Of a stretch of 64,000 nucleotides of DNA, positions 27,325 to 40,540 are shown in pieces (the stretch's first letter is position 1; the number at the start of each line of letters is the position of its first letter). The position numbers were made by a program, and so were the translations under genes. This DNA comes from Malacoraja senta (taxonomy: Eukaryota). The stretch is from positions 2,792,001 through 2,856,000 of the forward strand of contig CM075992.1 of the NCBI GenBank assembly GCA_038087875.1, in the 5' to 3' direction. The notes under the pieces were generated by a model that searched no databases, was not told the origin of the DNA, and saw only the letters and a list, made by a program, of their open reading frames with translations.

Positions 27325-28563
27325 TACTTCACTACTAATTTCCATCCTGCACTCAAATTCACTTGGACCATCTCCGACATCACCCTACCGTTGATATCAC
27401 CGTCTCCATCACAGAAGATATACCATCGAATGACATTTGTTATAAACCTCCTGACTCCCACAGCTATCTAGACTACACCTCTTCCCGCCCTGCCTCTTAC
27501 ATAGACTCTATCCCCATCTCGCAATTCCTTTATCTGCGCCCAAGATGAGGTGCTCCATACCAGGACATCTGAGATGTCCTCTTTCTTTAGGGAAGGGGGT
27601 TTCCCTCTTCCATCATAGATGAGGCCCTCTCTAGGGTCTCCTTGATATCCTGCAGCTCCGCTCTTACTTCCCCCTCCCCTGAGTCGCAACAGGAACAGAG
27701 TCCTCCGAGCCATCACCTTCCGAGCCATCAGCCTTCACATGGAGCACATAATCCTCCTACATTTTTGCCACCTCCAACAGGATCTCGCCATTAGCCGCAT
27801 CTTCCCATCTCCACCCCTGTCCGCGGAGACCGTTCCCACCGCAACTCCCTGGTTAACACATCCCTTCCCACCCAACCACTCCCGCCCCAGGAACCTTCCT
27901 CTGCAACTGCAGGAGCTGAAACACCTGTCCCTATACCTCCTCCATCGACTCCGTCCAAGGACCCCAGCAGTCTTTTCAGTTGAGGCAGAGGTTCAATTAC
28001 ACCTCCAACCTCATCTACAGTATCCGCTGTTCCCGGTGTGGACTCCTATATATTGGCGAGACCAAGCGCAGGCTCAGTGATCGTTTTGCTGAACACCTGC
28101 ATTCAGTCCGCCTCAACCTACCTGACCTGCCGATTGCTAAACACTTTAACTCCCCCTCCCATTCCCACATCGATCTTTCTGTCCTGGGCCTCCATTGTCA
28201 GAGTGAGGCCCAGCGAAAATTGGAGGAACAGCACCTCATATTTTACTTGGGCAGCTTACACCCCAGCGGTATGAATATTGACCTCTAACTTCAAATAACC
28301 CGTGCTTTCTCTCTCTCTCCATCCCTCCTCCTTCTCAGTTCTCTGACCAGTCTGACTGTCCCAGATTACATTTTATCTCTGTTTGCTTTGTTGTCACCTT
28401 TTTCTAGCTAACAATGATCTATTCTACATTTCCTTGATCCTCATCTCTTTTATTGTCTCGTTTGACTCTGTCTGAAGAAGGGTCTCTGCACAAAACGCCA
28501 CCCATTCCTTCTATTCAAAGAGGCTGCCTGTCCCGCTGAGTTACTCCTGAATTTTTTTTGTCT
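27325..28563 (+). mobile_element. Penelope-like element (Neptune-type), 5'-truncated and decayed: RT C-terminus, Cys-rich linker, GIY-YIG endonuclease, hammerhead-bearing tail
   Basis: NFHPALKFTW and YKPPDSHSYLDYTSS (PLE RT C-terminus); PGTFLCNCRS*NTCPY linker; ORF 27980-28288 SNLIYSIRCSRCGLLYIGETKRRLSDRFAEH...HF...EQHLI...GMN; 10-bp direct repeat ATGGCTTTGT at 27315-27324 and 28564-28573 inside an old CR1. Confidence 0.9.
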
Positions 28564-31500
28564 ATGGCTTTGTACGAGGCAGGTCAGGTCTTTCATACAA
28601 TTAGTTTATTGAGGCTAGGGTAGTTATGGATGTTGAAAGACATGTGATATGGTCCCTTATGCTAGCTGTTCAGTAAGATGAAGATGCATGGAATCCATGG
28701 TGATTTGCTGGATTGGATCCAAAATTGGCCTGGCCATAGGGTTATGACGGTGGATTGTGTCTGCCTTGAGTTCTACGATCAGCGGTGTTATGCAGCGGTG
28801 TCTCTTTATGGTATATGTGAATGAGTTGGACAAAAATTATCATGTGCTGATTAGTAAGTTTGCAGTGTAGACAATTGTCAGCATTCAACATTTGAGACCA
28901 TTGATATACGGAGGTGTCTTGGGTGAAGTCTAAAGGTCCCAGAGAGTGGCAATACAAGTCAATAGGGTGACATGGAAAGAATATGACATGCCTGGTTTCA
29001 TCAGTTGGTGCATTGAATATAAAAGTAATGTAGTCACGTTGTAGTTGCATAAAATTTTGTTTGGGCAATGTTTGAAATATGTTCCGTTCTAGTCACTATT
29101 ACAGACAGAATGTGGAGGCTTTGGAGAATGTGCATGAGGCTTAAAAGAATGTTTCTTGGATTAGAAAAGTTAGCAAGAAGTAAGGAGAGGTTAGACAGTT
29201 TTTTCTGGAGCATCAAGGCTATGGATGACCTTAAGAGGCTTATAATATTGAGAGGTACAGATAAAAGGGAGTAATAGAAAGGAGTGCTTAGGGTGAAGGA
29301 AAGAACTGCAGATGCTGGTTTAAATCGAATATAGACACAAAATGCTGGAAAAACTCAGCGGGATAGGTGGCATCTCTGGAGAGAAGGAATGGGTGATGTT
29401 TTGGGTCTGAAAATGGGTCTCGAGAGGGAGAAAGTTTGAGGGAGATGTGTGGGGCAGACTTTGTTTTGCACAGTAATACGGACTTAGAACACGTTGGGTG
29501 GCCGGTGGAAGCATACACGATAGTGACTTTTAACAGGCTTTTAGATAGGCAGGAAATTGTGGCATATGGATCATATGTAGGCAAATGGGATTAGACTTAG
29601 CATCATGGTCATTGCACACAATGTGGGCCGAAGGGCCTGTTCCTGTGCGGTACTGTTCCATGTACTCCAGTTGTCATTTGACATGTTCTGAATGCCGCAC
29701 GCATTAGTTTGGTTGATAATTTTATGAGGATGTAAAGGGGCGGTGAATGGTTTGGGGGTGGATCATAACGCTTAACACTGGTGTAAAATAATAGTAATGT
29801 AGTGGTGCTGGCTGCAGCTGTTATGACAGATGGAATAGGTCACAAAGTATAGCCCAGGAGAATTGAGCTTTGTTGAGGATTTTCGCTGTCCAATTCATTT
29901 GTGCTCACCGAGTTATGGGACCAAAGGGGAATTTGGAGGTGACCAAGCAAGTATGTTACCAAGTTCAGTCAGTGGAATGGTTAAAATGGCAGGGGTTGAC
30001 CAAGCCGATGGTACCTTTCCCACTTAAATAATGTGTTCAGTAGCCAAAGAACAAGCTAAAATTAGCACGGTTAGATCAAGAGTAGAGTTGTTTTGCAACC
30101 AACGGTGGTGGCATAAATCTCCCGGGAAGCGACATTGAAGCAGGTGGTTTAAATGTGTTCAGAATACAATTGTGTTCAGTGTAGAAAAGCAGGAGATGGC
30201 AGAGATGATATTTGAAAAGATAGGCATTTGGACTCGCGGTCTTGTCCCACGGCTGAAGATTCTTATATCAAAGCCAGATTTTAAGCGTTGTAACTTTTAC
30301 TCCAACATAAATGATAAGATTTGGTGAGTTTTAGCCATTCTTGCTGGGCTGTCATATGTTCTAGATGTTGTTACAGCCTTCTGTCATGCAAGTCATAATG
30401 AGTGGACCTGGCTTTTTAAATATTTAATCTTGTCCTAAATATAATTGCAGGTGAGGGGTGTTCCTTGAGCTGAACTCTGCTTTTGTGTTGTTTTTACACG
30501 TGTAAGATAGAAGATAAAGGGATTGGGTTTTAACCTTTATTTTCGTGCCAGTTTGTAATGCAATCTGCTTCTTTCTAGATCGGAATAATAAATGCAAACA
30601 ATTTTCTATGTATACCATTTTAGTCCTAAAGCCAGTGCTTAAAAGATCAGGATAAGGAATTTATTTAAATCCACACAGTACTAGAAAACTGCATTGTCAT
30701 CTGCATGCAAAACTTAACTGACTGGGGCAGTTTGCTGGGTAGTTGGAAGCCTGAACATCAAATAGAATTTGTTTTTATTGTGGCTCTTATCAGAAATGAA
30801 CAGCAGAGCTGAGGGTGATGTGCAGACTTGATGTATGGAAAGGTGCGGCAATATTTCAGTATGGTGTTACACCTGGGGCTTGATGTCCAGAGGCAGCACG
30901 ATTTAGACCAGGTTGTGAATCTGTTTCAGAAGTGAGGACTGAACTGATGTGGCTATTTCCTATAGAGTTGAAAGAGACGGCAGATGCTGGAAACGTGCAA
31001 AAAAAATGAATTGCTAAAGAAACTCGGCGGATCGGGCAGCACCCATGGAAGGAAATGGATAGACATTTCAGTTTAGGGATGTTATCTGTTCAGTCTTCCA
31101 CAGAAGCTGAGTTCCTCGAGCACTTTATATTTTTGGCTATTTCCCATTAAAGGTCAGGAACGGGTGCATTAGTACCATCAATTGCAGTGGCAATGCAAGG
31201 TGCATGTCATTTAAGAATATTTGACAAATAAGTAGAATGTGAAGTAGTGTAATTTAGCCAGGTAGAGTTGCTTTGCCAAAAGTTAGTAATTCTTGTCGTC
31301 CGAATTTAGTACATTTTACAAGGGTTTTTGCCATATTTTTATTCTGGTGCAGTGACCTGTGAAGAACATTCCTTATTCTTTCCTTTCATCATCTTGTTTG
31401 GATGCTGCAGACAACTAGTTTTCCTTTCAATGACAAGAATTTTTGAGCAATGCAATGCAGAAATATTCTCCAACTTTAAACCAAATGTATAAACACCCTA

Positions 31501-33191
31501 TGTTTCCACTATTTTCAATTCTCTTATATTTTCTAAAACTTATGAAAAGATAGATATATTTGGCATGTATGTTTTTCATCACAACATCCACTTAAATGCA
31601 TAATTCTCCTTGAGTAATCAGTCTCATTTGTTGCCCACAATATCTAGTCTTGACTTTTGGTTGCTCGTTGCTCTGTGTTTTGTTAAATTGCCGTCATTAC
31701 GTCACTTTTCTTCCCACCTGTCTACGTAGTAGCTGGCATCAGAGGTTAGCTTTCTGATGCATCTTGCAGCTCCATTCTTGCTGTGCATCTGGTCATCTGA
31801 CTCCACTGCACCATGAGAAACGGTTTATGTTGGAAAGCTTGTATGTGCAGTTTGTTTCCTGAATATGATGACATCTTTGCATTTCACCCATTTGCTTCAG
31901 CAGCCAATGTCGGAAAACCTTTTAAAAATATTATTTCATCATTTTGCCATTTCTTAAGTCAATTATCATTGCTTTAAAAAAAATATCCTTATTTCTCTGA
32001 TAACATTAACCTAAATGTTATCAGTTGAGTGAATGACCATCTTTCCCTTATCAGCTAAGAATCTATCAGTGACCTAATCTCTGAATAATCCCGGATTGTA
32101 GGATCTTTCTACATGAGCAGCTCTAATATAGCAAAAATGCAGCATATGTGCCTTAATGCTGTAAGATTGTATGTTAACAAAAGTAGTGCTCATTTCTCTT
32201 ATCACCCATGCAATGTGCTCGTTTTGTCAACCGATTCTACCCAGTTTTGCTGTTTGTATCTTCTTGACCATGAAGGTCCTCCCTGGGTTACCTCGGGGTT
32301 CTGTACCTGTATTCAGAGGATGACTACAGAGATGGGCTCTATCACAAGAATACATAGTCTGGGGAAGCATTTTAAGTCTTGGTTTGCTTTTCTTAATCAG
32401 TAAAGAGATGCTCACAAATTTAGCCACAGTGTACCTTGGGCTAATAATATCTTTTTAAAAGATTTTGCTACAGATGCAAATTTTAAATGCTGTTGATCTT
32501 TTTAAAAGGGGCACTGCTGCTGTCTTCGAAAGTGTCTCGAGATAGGACTTGCAAAATGGACATCAACGTATGAACTAAAATGTATTCCTCTTGGGTTTGA
32601 TGTGGCAAAATTTTAGCTAATGTCAAGAATGGTCACCTGCACTCCCACAGCAGCCGCCAAATCTATCCTGCCAGTCTCACAAATACTTTTTGAATGTGTA
32701 GGCTGTGCACGCGTTGGGACTGGGGAGTACATATAACACATTCAAATGAAGAGAGTTGATCAAAAGATCACTTTAAAGTAGACCCCTTCATGGCTTCATA
32801 ATGGGTGAACTGACCCAGTCACAAAATGTTACTTAATGAGGCAGTACAACTGGATCATTGCTCCTAAAGTTTTAACGTCAAATGGCATATAGAGACCCTA
32901 TTTTCGTGTAAGTCCATTATAAGTTGATATGAATAATACTGTGGTAGGTGTGAGCAAGTGCAATGATGAGTACCAGTCTGCAGTTTGAATGACCTAGATA
33001 TTGATTTTAACAAAATGTTGAATGAAGGCCTATGTTGAGAGATCTGTAGTTCTGCACTCCTGTCACTGCAAGGTGTGGGTGGGGAACAGGATTAAGAATG
33101 CATGCATGCATGGATGACATAGATTGTTAACATAAGTGTTTTTGACACAGTGTGTACAACAGATTAAATTATTTACCACTTTATTTTACAG

Positions 33192-33230
33192 ATCAGCCGG
33201 ATAGCAAAAAAATGGCAGCACAAAGCGATC
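33192..33230 (+). CDS. KHSRP: KHSRP exon 3
   Basis: ttacAG|ATCAGC...GCGATC|GTaagt, 39 nt; DQPDSKKMAAQSD. Confidence 0.88.
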
Positions 33231-34635
33231 GTAAGTAAAATCTACTGAATTTGTTGGTTGGCAAAAAGTTCAGTGTTACAAGGAATTAAGATAAATGAGT
33301 TAATTGAAATCTTCCGGTTTACATAAGGAGGCAACTGGTTTGTAAGACTTCAAATGAGGTGTGAGAATAGGTCTAAATCTAAGGACGTTCTGCAGTCAGC
33401 AGAGGACATTTTAAACGGGCAGATAAGTGAGAAGCTGCCCTTTGGCCCAACTCGTCCCTGCCAATTGAGATGCCTATTTACTCGGCACCCATTTGTCTGT
33501 CTATGGTCCATATCCCTCTAAACCGTCCCATTTATGTGCCAGGCCAAATGTCTTTTAAATACTGTAATTGTCCCCACCTCTCCCACTTCCTCTGGCAACT
33601 CATTCCATTTAACAATCACTCTGTTAGTAAATTGCCCCTCAGATTCCCTTTAAAATTTTCCCCTCTCTTAAACCAATGCATTCTGTAAATGTTATTATAG
33701 CTCTCAGCAGATGAGCTCAAGATTTCACTTTAAACTCTCCTGCCCTGTTCAAAACACTATCTACCTATGCTGCTCGTAACTGTATAATTCTGTCACCCCT
33801 CAGCTGCCTCCACTCCAGGAAAACAGTCTCTCCTTGCAGCAAAGCCCTCTAGTCTGGGCAACATTCCTGCACAACCTTTCTCCACTTTCGCTAGCTTAAT
33901 CACAATCTTCCTAATGCACGGTGACAGAACTGCACACCACAGTGCCACCTACGTAACAGCACGTCAAAACGTTAAGAATGCAGACTAGACCTTGTGGCTA
34001 AACATAAAGCTCCTATTTATTACACATCGCATTGCATTAAGTGGTTTGAGTGAGGTATCGTATGTGACACCTGTGGCTTGGCAAGTCGTCCAGTCTGGTG
34101 TTGCTTTGGTCATCTGTCATATCTACATCTTTTAAGATCTTCAAGTTATAGGAGTAGAATTAGGCCATTCGGCCCATTGAGTCTATTCCACCATTCAATC
34201 AGGGCTGATCTCTGCCTCCGAATCCCATTTTTCTGCCTTCTCCCCATAACCCTTGACACCGTTCTAATCAAGGATTTGTCCGTCTCTGCCTTAGAAATAT
34301 CCACTAACTTGGCCTCCACACCCCTTTGTGGCAATGAGTTCCACTTGTTTCTTGTGCAGATTGCTACAATATAAATTTACAATATGCAGTTCAAGTGCTT
34401 TTCTTGATTGTTTAAATATCTGAACACTTATCCAATGTAATGACTGTCGTATAAATGAGACTCATTAACGCAGTCACATTAGGAAGTAGCTTCAGAAGTT
34501 CTGGTAGTACATTAATGAGGGTTTAAATTATATCATTTTTCATGGATGCACTGCAACTTTTGACTCTAATTTACTCTTAATCCTGGGTTGCATATGGAAG
34601 TGTTTTTCCCTTTAATTTTCTATTTTCTTTCCCAG

Positions 34636-34672
34636 CAATTGGAGCTCAGCTTGCAGCCATACATCAGCAAAG
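34636..34672 (+). CDS. KHSRP: KHSRP exon 4
   Basis: tcccAG|CAATTG...GCAAAG|GTaaga, 37 nt; PIGAQLAAIHQQR; bridges phase 1 to phase 2 as required. Confidence 0.85.
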
Positions 34673-36350
34673 GTAAGAAGAGTGAGGCGTTTAAAGTTAA
34701 ATGTGCAGTTGTCTTGTGGCTCTGAGAGAAAACCCTTGTCTTCAATGTCAACAAGTCTATACTGTAAACCAATCTCATTTCTGAGCCTCTGGGATAGGAT
34801 GTAGACAGTTGTCACGGGTCCTTCCGAGTTCTGCTTCGTGATTGCCACCAGAAGCTTACACATGGTTTGTGAGGAAAAGTCGCTTCTTGTTCCCGATGTT
34901 GGGGGAGTCCAGAACCAGGGGTCACAGTTTAAGAATAAGGGCCGAGGACTGAGATGAGGAAAAACCTTTTCACCCAGAGAGTTGTGAATCTGTGGAATTC
35001 TCTGCCACGGAAGGTGGTGGAGGCCAATTTACTGGATGTTTTCAAGAGAGAGTTAGATTTAGCTCTTAGGGCTAAATGATTCAAGGGACTAAAGGAATCA
35101 AGGGATATGGGAAAAAAGCAGGAACGGGGCACTGATTTTAGAGGATCAGCCATGATCATATTGAATGGCGGTGCTGGCTCGATGGGCTGACTGGCCTATT
35201 CCTGCACCCGTTTTTCTATGTTTAATGACGGAGGCATTGTTTATTGGTCTTAAATGAGGTGAGAGACGGAGTCACAGGTGATGAACTCTGTCAAGCATGT
35301 CAGCCCCTAGAGGAGGAGTGGAATAGAGAAACGTTTTAAATGAAGCCTCTACATAATGTAGATTTCATTACATACAAATGAAAGAAGGGAATGTGTACAA
35401 TATGATTATAATGTGCCACATAGTAAACAACGCAGAAGTTGTAATTATATACAAGATAATCATTGTAGTACATGGGTAATATAAGGGAGTGGCATGCAAG
35501 CTCATACCTGACATGTTGATAAATTAATTTTCTAGATGATAAATTAATATAAAGCTTTGTGCATTGTTAATAATGTCGATTTTGATAGAGGTTGTCCATG
35601 GCTATTTAAATAGAATGGAGGGATATGGATGTAGATAATTTTGTGGTCTATTTTGACCCAAACCCAATTTGCTCGTTTGGAGAGTGCTTCCAACTTGCAT
35701 GTTGTCTGATTGAGGAGAGACTGCTTCCATTTCATCTTCAATCATTGTTTGGAATTATCTCTGACTTTGTACGGTGCCTGTTTCTGGTTATTATGAGATA
35801 GTATTCAGTGGTTGAGGTTGTGTTTTCCTGTAGTTTGATAGATACCGGCACGTTTTCTTAATGTTCCCTTTTTAACACAAAAAAAACTTTTGTGGTTGAC
35901 TTATTGCTTGTGAGGCTGAACTACACACGGCAGGTATGTGGTACACGCTGGGTTAATCCAACAATTTTCAAGGTTGTGGTAAGGAGTTTCAAGTAACTTT
36001 GTGCTCTAGGAACAGGAAATATTGATATACCGAGTCAAATCCTTTTATCTTTAAACTACATCGCAGAATAGGACCCAAGTTTGGTTGCGAAGGCTCGAGA
36101 GTTTACCTTGGAATAAAAATAAGGTTACTGGACAATTATCAGAGGCTTAGAATATTGATTCGTATGCATATTTGTACCTGCTACAGCTGCCAGAGAAGTT
36201 TAAAGTATTTCAATAAATTGGAATAATAATAATCTCAGCAATGGTCATTTGCATTTTGTTGTGGTACAACCCATGAAGAGTCTGATTAAAATTAGTGGTT
36301 CTTGTGTGTATCTATGCATCCATGCACTGAATTTTTCTCATCTTTTTCAG

Positions 36351-36400
36351 GGCAACCCTTACTGAGGATTACAGAGTGCCTGATGGGATGGTTGGTCTTG
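36351..36400 (+). CDS. KHSRP: KHSRP exon 5 (start of KH1)
   Basis: tttcAG|GGCAAC...GTCTTG|GTaagt, 50 nt; ATLTEDYRVPDGMVGL. Confidence 0.92.
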
Positions 36401-36575
36401 GTAAGTCTATGATGTACGAGTCTGGGAGGGGTGTAGTTTAGGCTTTAATTACTCTGCAATAACTGGTGGTATTTGGCTCTTCTGTGTAAACTACATGTGA
36501 ATTTTTGTAGTTGCGTTTCTTTGAATGTTAAACATGTGTAGGCATCAGTAATTTGTGGAAATGTTTTTATTTTAG

Positions 36576-36647
36576 TTATAGGTCGAGGTGGGGAACAGAT
36601 AAACCGAATACAGCAGGAATCTGGTTGCAAAGTACAGATTGCTCCAG
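36576..36647 (+). CDS. KHSRP: KHSRP exon 6 (KH1 GxxG loop)
   Basis: ttttAG|TTATAG...CTCCAG|GTatag, 72 nt; [24 protein letters not shown]. Confidence 0.92.
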
Positions 36648-38552
36648 GTATAGTAGACTTTTGTCATTTTGTATAATCTTGAGTTCAACTGTTACTGTGT
36701 TCCTTGACATTTTTGTTTTGCAATCATGGTGATTTGTTAGTGTGCATGATTTTGAGTTAGCTGTAAATTCTCATTTTCCTAGCTATTGCACTTTTATCAC
36801 TTGAATCGCTTCAATAAATACTTTTTATTTGGGATTTATTTGATGGGCGTGTATGTGCAGCCTGACCCTAAATGTTGTAGGTTTTAGCTTTGTCGCTAAG
36901 TTGATTTCAACTTTGGCAAAAGCAAGCGCATAAGAGTCAGATTTGGCGGCATTTAAAGGCATAGGAAATGGTCAGCCGTGTTTGTAACAGTCAAGCAAAG
37001 ATACAATTTGGTGGCCCATTTGTTCTTTGGACAGTCAACTGGTTAACCAAAGTTAATATCAATTAGTTTTTATTTTGGTGATTGGGAATGATAGTATGCT
37101 TTGAAATACCAGCAAGCTGTTGGCCCTGTTGAGATTTAACCAATAAACCAAACCAAATAAAATCAAGTAACATTGTTGTCATTGGCAATGGGTTCTCATA
37201 CTTTTATTATGTCCTGCCAATAAGGGTGAGATCCAAAGCTTGGATCTCACAGTTGCTCTGTTCTTCCCTTGACCCAAGTAAACATTGCCCTCTCACCCAA
37301 TTGCTGTTCATTAACAAATGTAACATTCTTTGGGCATTGTCAGGTGGAGATCAATAAAACTGATTCTTAGCTGGCCTGATTCACGTGGCATTACCAAGGG
37401 GCTTATGGTTTTGTTATGGGCTCCCAAAAAATATCACAAATATGGTCCCAACAGCATGTCTTGTTGCAAATCAATATCAATTGTGACTTTTCTTCCCTCC
37501 CTAGGGCCAAATTGTGATGGTGAGTAAAAAATATTTTGTAATTGGCTTTCGAGCCCAGCATCCACATTGTTCTTTGTATTCTTCCCTTATTTGTTTTTAC
37601 CACAAATTGGTAATTTAATGCTTGTGGTCGTGTGTACAACATTTTATTTAAATCAGTCTGGCTCAATGAAGGAGCACAACTTAAGTAGTAATTTCTTGCT
37701 CTCAACCCCTCCACCGCACCTCCCCCTCTGCACCCCCGCCTGTTGCCCCAGATTCCAGCCCTAATTGGATCTTAAGTCACCCTTCCACTAAAACGCCCTA
37801 AGTCAAGGTATTGAGATTTTTAACATGACGATCTAGAGATGGTACCGAAAAAGATTAACCTGAGTATTCCAGAGGTGAGGAAGTGAAGTGATAACATTGA
37901 TTGTTGTAGTGGGGACTGGCCTTTCCTTGAGTGCATTTGATTAAATATCAAATCGGGTTAAATTCAAGAATGAGAAATTGTTTCCCTTGTGTGATGGGGT
38001 GAAGATATAAAGTGGTTGGCGAACATATGAACATAACACTTGGATAAACTAGTTTTTCTAATTTGTTGCTGGAAAGGGCAGTAGAAGTAGATCTATTTGT
38101 AGATTTCAAAAGGGTGTAGATTAATACTTGAAGAAAAGCGAAGGGTGACTAGATTATTCTACCAAAACATCAGGTTGATGGGTGGATTGGCACCGTGTCA
38201 TATTGCTGAAATTATAAATGCTTTTACAAACATGTTCAGTTCATCCAGCCTTGCCTGTTTTTAACACAAAATACCAGTAACCCACACAATAAGCACACAA
38301 GCCCATTGAGCCAGCACAGCCATTCAAGTCTTTACAGTACTGGTAAACATCTTCCTTTCAAATTTCTTCAATCATATGACATCTTGTGTACATCGAGGCA
38401 ACCGATTTTTACACATTCAAAAATTTGCAGAATTCATTCTTAACTAAAAAGAAACAGCACTTAAGACATCACTGCTTTCGGTTCAACCTGTCATAAATTG
38501 TTGTTTACATTTAGCTTGTGTTAAGAACTTGCATATAACATTTCTCTTCCAG

Positions 38553-38610
38553 AAAGTGGAGGTATGCCAGAACGATGCGTCTCGTTGACTGGGAATTCTG
38601 AGTCAATTCA
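38553..38610 (+). CDS. KHSRP: KHSRP exon 7
   Basis: ttccAG|AAAGTG...AATTCA|GTgagt, 58 nt; ESGGMPERCVSLTGNSESIQ. Confidence 0.92.
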
Positions 38611-38867
38611 GTGAGTGCAAATGTCTTCCTGATAGTAACGTTGACGTGTCTTGATAGGACCAGCAAAAATATTCCCTCGTCAAATATTCCCTTGTGAAAT
38701 ATCCTCGGAGTTGACTTTTAACTTTCATTTATGTTATTATAAATACAGTAAGCAAGCTGAGTGAAGGCTGTCAGAAACAGCATTAACTGCTGGAGCGAGT
38801 ATAACTTTACCTGAAATGTAAGTAGTTAACCACAGGATGAAATTTAATCTGTCCGTTCTCTTTTCAG

Positions 38868-39039
38868 GACGGCGAAGATGCTACTGGATGAGATCGTGTC
38901 CAGAGGTCGAGGTGGGCCACCGGGCCAGTCTCATGACTCTACGAATGGCCAAAGTGGATCTATTCAGGAGATAGTCATTCCAGCAGGGAAGGCTGGACTA
39001 ATCATTGGTAAAGGTGGAGAGACCATCAAACAACTTCAG
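38868..39039 (+). CDS. KHSRP: KHSRP exon 8 (KH1 end, KH2 start)
   Basis: tttcAG|GACGGC...CTTCAG|GTacta, 172 nt; [57 protein letters not shown]. Confidence 0.94.
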
Positions 39040-39810
39040 GTACTAAAAGGATAAAATCGAAGGCAATGTAATAATAGTTAATTCTAAACGATCCGTTTCT
39101 TGTAATGCAGCCAAATTCTTGGCTTTAATTAGCTTACGTCAACCCATTCTACATCAAAAAGTTTGGGGATCAATTGTGTTGTGATAGCTTGTTCAATGTG
39201 ATTGCCTTTCTCCTCCAGCTCATTTTAGCTGATGTGCTAATGAGGCAAGGGGTTTGCAAGCGTGAATTATCACCGTCCTGCTCAGCTGCACCCCTGCAGT
39301 TGATAATTATAGCAGCAAACCTTAGGTTATTGAAATTCATGCTTGTAGCATTATAAAAAGTTTGTTGGATTCTACAAAGAAGCTGGTCCCATATGTGGAG
39401 GATGAAACGACAGCTTGATATAACTACTCATATTAGCCATATCTTGATCATGTTGGCTGGCCAACTAGAGAAGGAATTGGATTGAGTACCAAACTTCGAC
39501 AACATTAGGACCAAGATTTTTCAAGATGCCGTGATCCGTCAGATTACATCTTTCCGTAAATGCCTTATGCTACCTTTTCATCAGATTCCTCAAATTTACA
39601 TTGTTTTACAAAAATAGTTGTAGAATAATTTGAGACATAGCCAATGTGTATGTTTGACTAGTCCTGAAGTATTGAACTGTTAGAAGTTGCTTTATTGCTC
39701 AATTGGTATTGTCGGCAAGGAATTATTAGTTCACAGTTTAAGCTTTATGGACAGGGGTGTTGCTCCTTTCACACGACGTCGCTGGATAATCTGTCACTTG
39801 TTTCAAATAG

Positions 39811-39909
39811 GAACGTGCTGGAGTGAAGATGATTTTAATCCAAGATGGTTCACAAAGTGCGAACATAGATAAACCACTCCGGATTATTGGCGATCCTTTT
39901 AAAGTCCAG
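39811..39909 (+). CDS. KHSRP: KHSRP exon 9 (KH2)
   Basis: aaatAG|GAACGT...GTCCAG|GTatga, 99 nt; [33 protein letters not shown]. Confidence 0.94.
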
Positions 39910-40378
39910 GTATGATCTTGCTAGTATTTCTGGATTTGGTTATCCAAGAAACCACTCCTCTTGTCAGCAGAAAACTCTGAACAGCTTCTCAAGTTAGTGT
40001 GAAACACTTGCTAAACAGTAATGTACAATTGCCAGATGTGGAATGATTCAATGTTTCACAAAAATAATGTTACCTGTGGCCCTTATTCTGAACCTGATTC
40101 CTGCACAAAATTTGTGCTCATGGTTACAGCTAAAACTTGGAATTGGCCTATTTCAAATGTTATATATTTCAAACTTGGTGAAATTGGATTAAGATTTACC
40201 CGTTCATTTTCGAATAAATCAGCAAGGCTGATCCTAGCCGAAATCTTAGCTGAAGCAAGAAGAAATCTGCATCACCCAGTTTTGAGTGTGGCTCTAAGCT
40301 TAAAAACGGTAACATGCATCTTTGAATTGCTGTGTCAAACAACGCATCAGTTTAACTTTTTATTGTGTGTGGTTGCAG

Positions 40379-40540
40379 CAAGCTCGAGACATGGTGATGG
40401 AGATCCTCCATGAACGTGACCAGGGAGGATTTGGAGACAGGAATGAGTTTGGCAACCGTGGTGGTGGTGGAGGAGGTGGTGGCGGCGGCGGCGGTGGTGG
40501 CGGCGGCGGCGGAGGAGGAGGAGGCGCTGGTGGTTTAGAT
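40379..40540 (+). CDS. KHSRP: KHSRP exon 10 (KH2-KH3 linker with poly-Gly)
   Basis: ttgcAG|CAAGCT...TTAGAT|GTaagt, 162 nt; [27 protein letters not shown](G)22AGGLD. Confidence 0.92.

Noticed and set aside
27890..27930. In-frame TGA at a conserved Cys of the PLE linker, as a possible selenocysteine (reported for some PLE clades)
   Set aside because: The copy is frameshifted and decayed, so a point mutation is simpler; no SECIS recognised. Only a family consensus retaining TGA would revive it.
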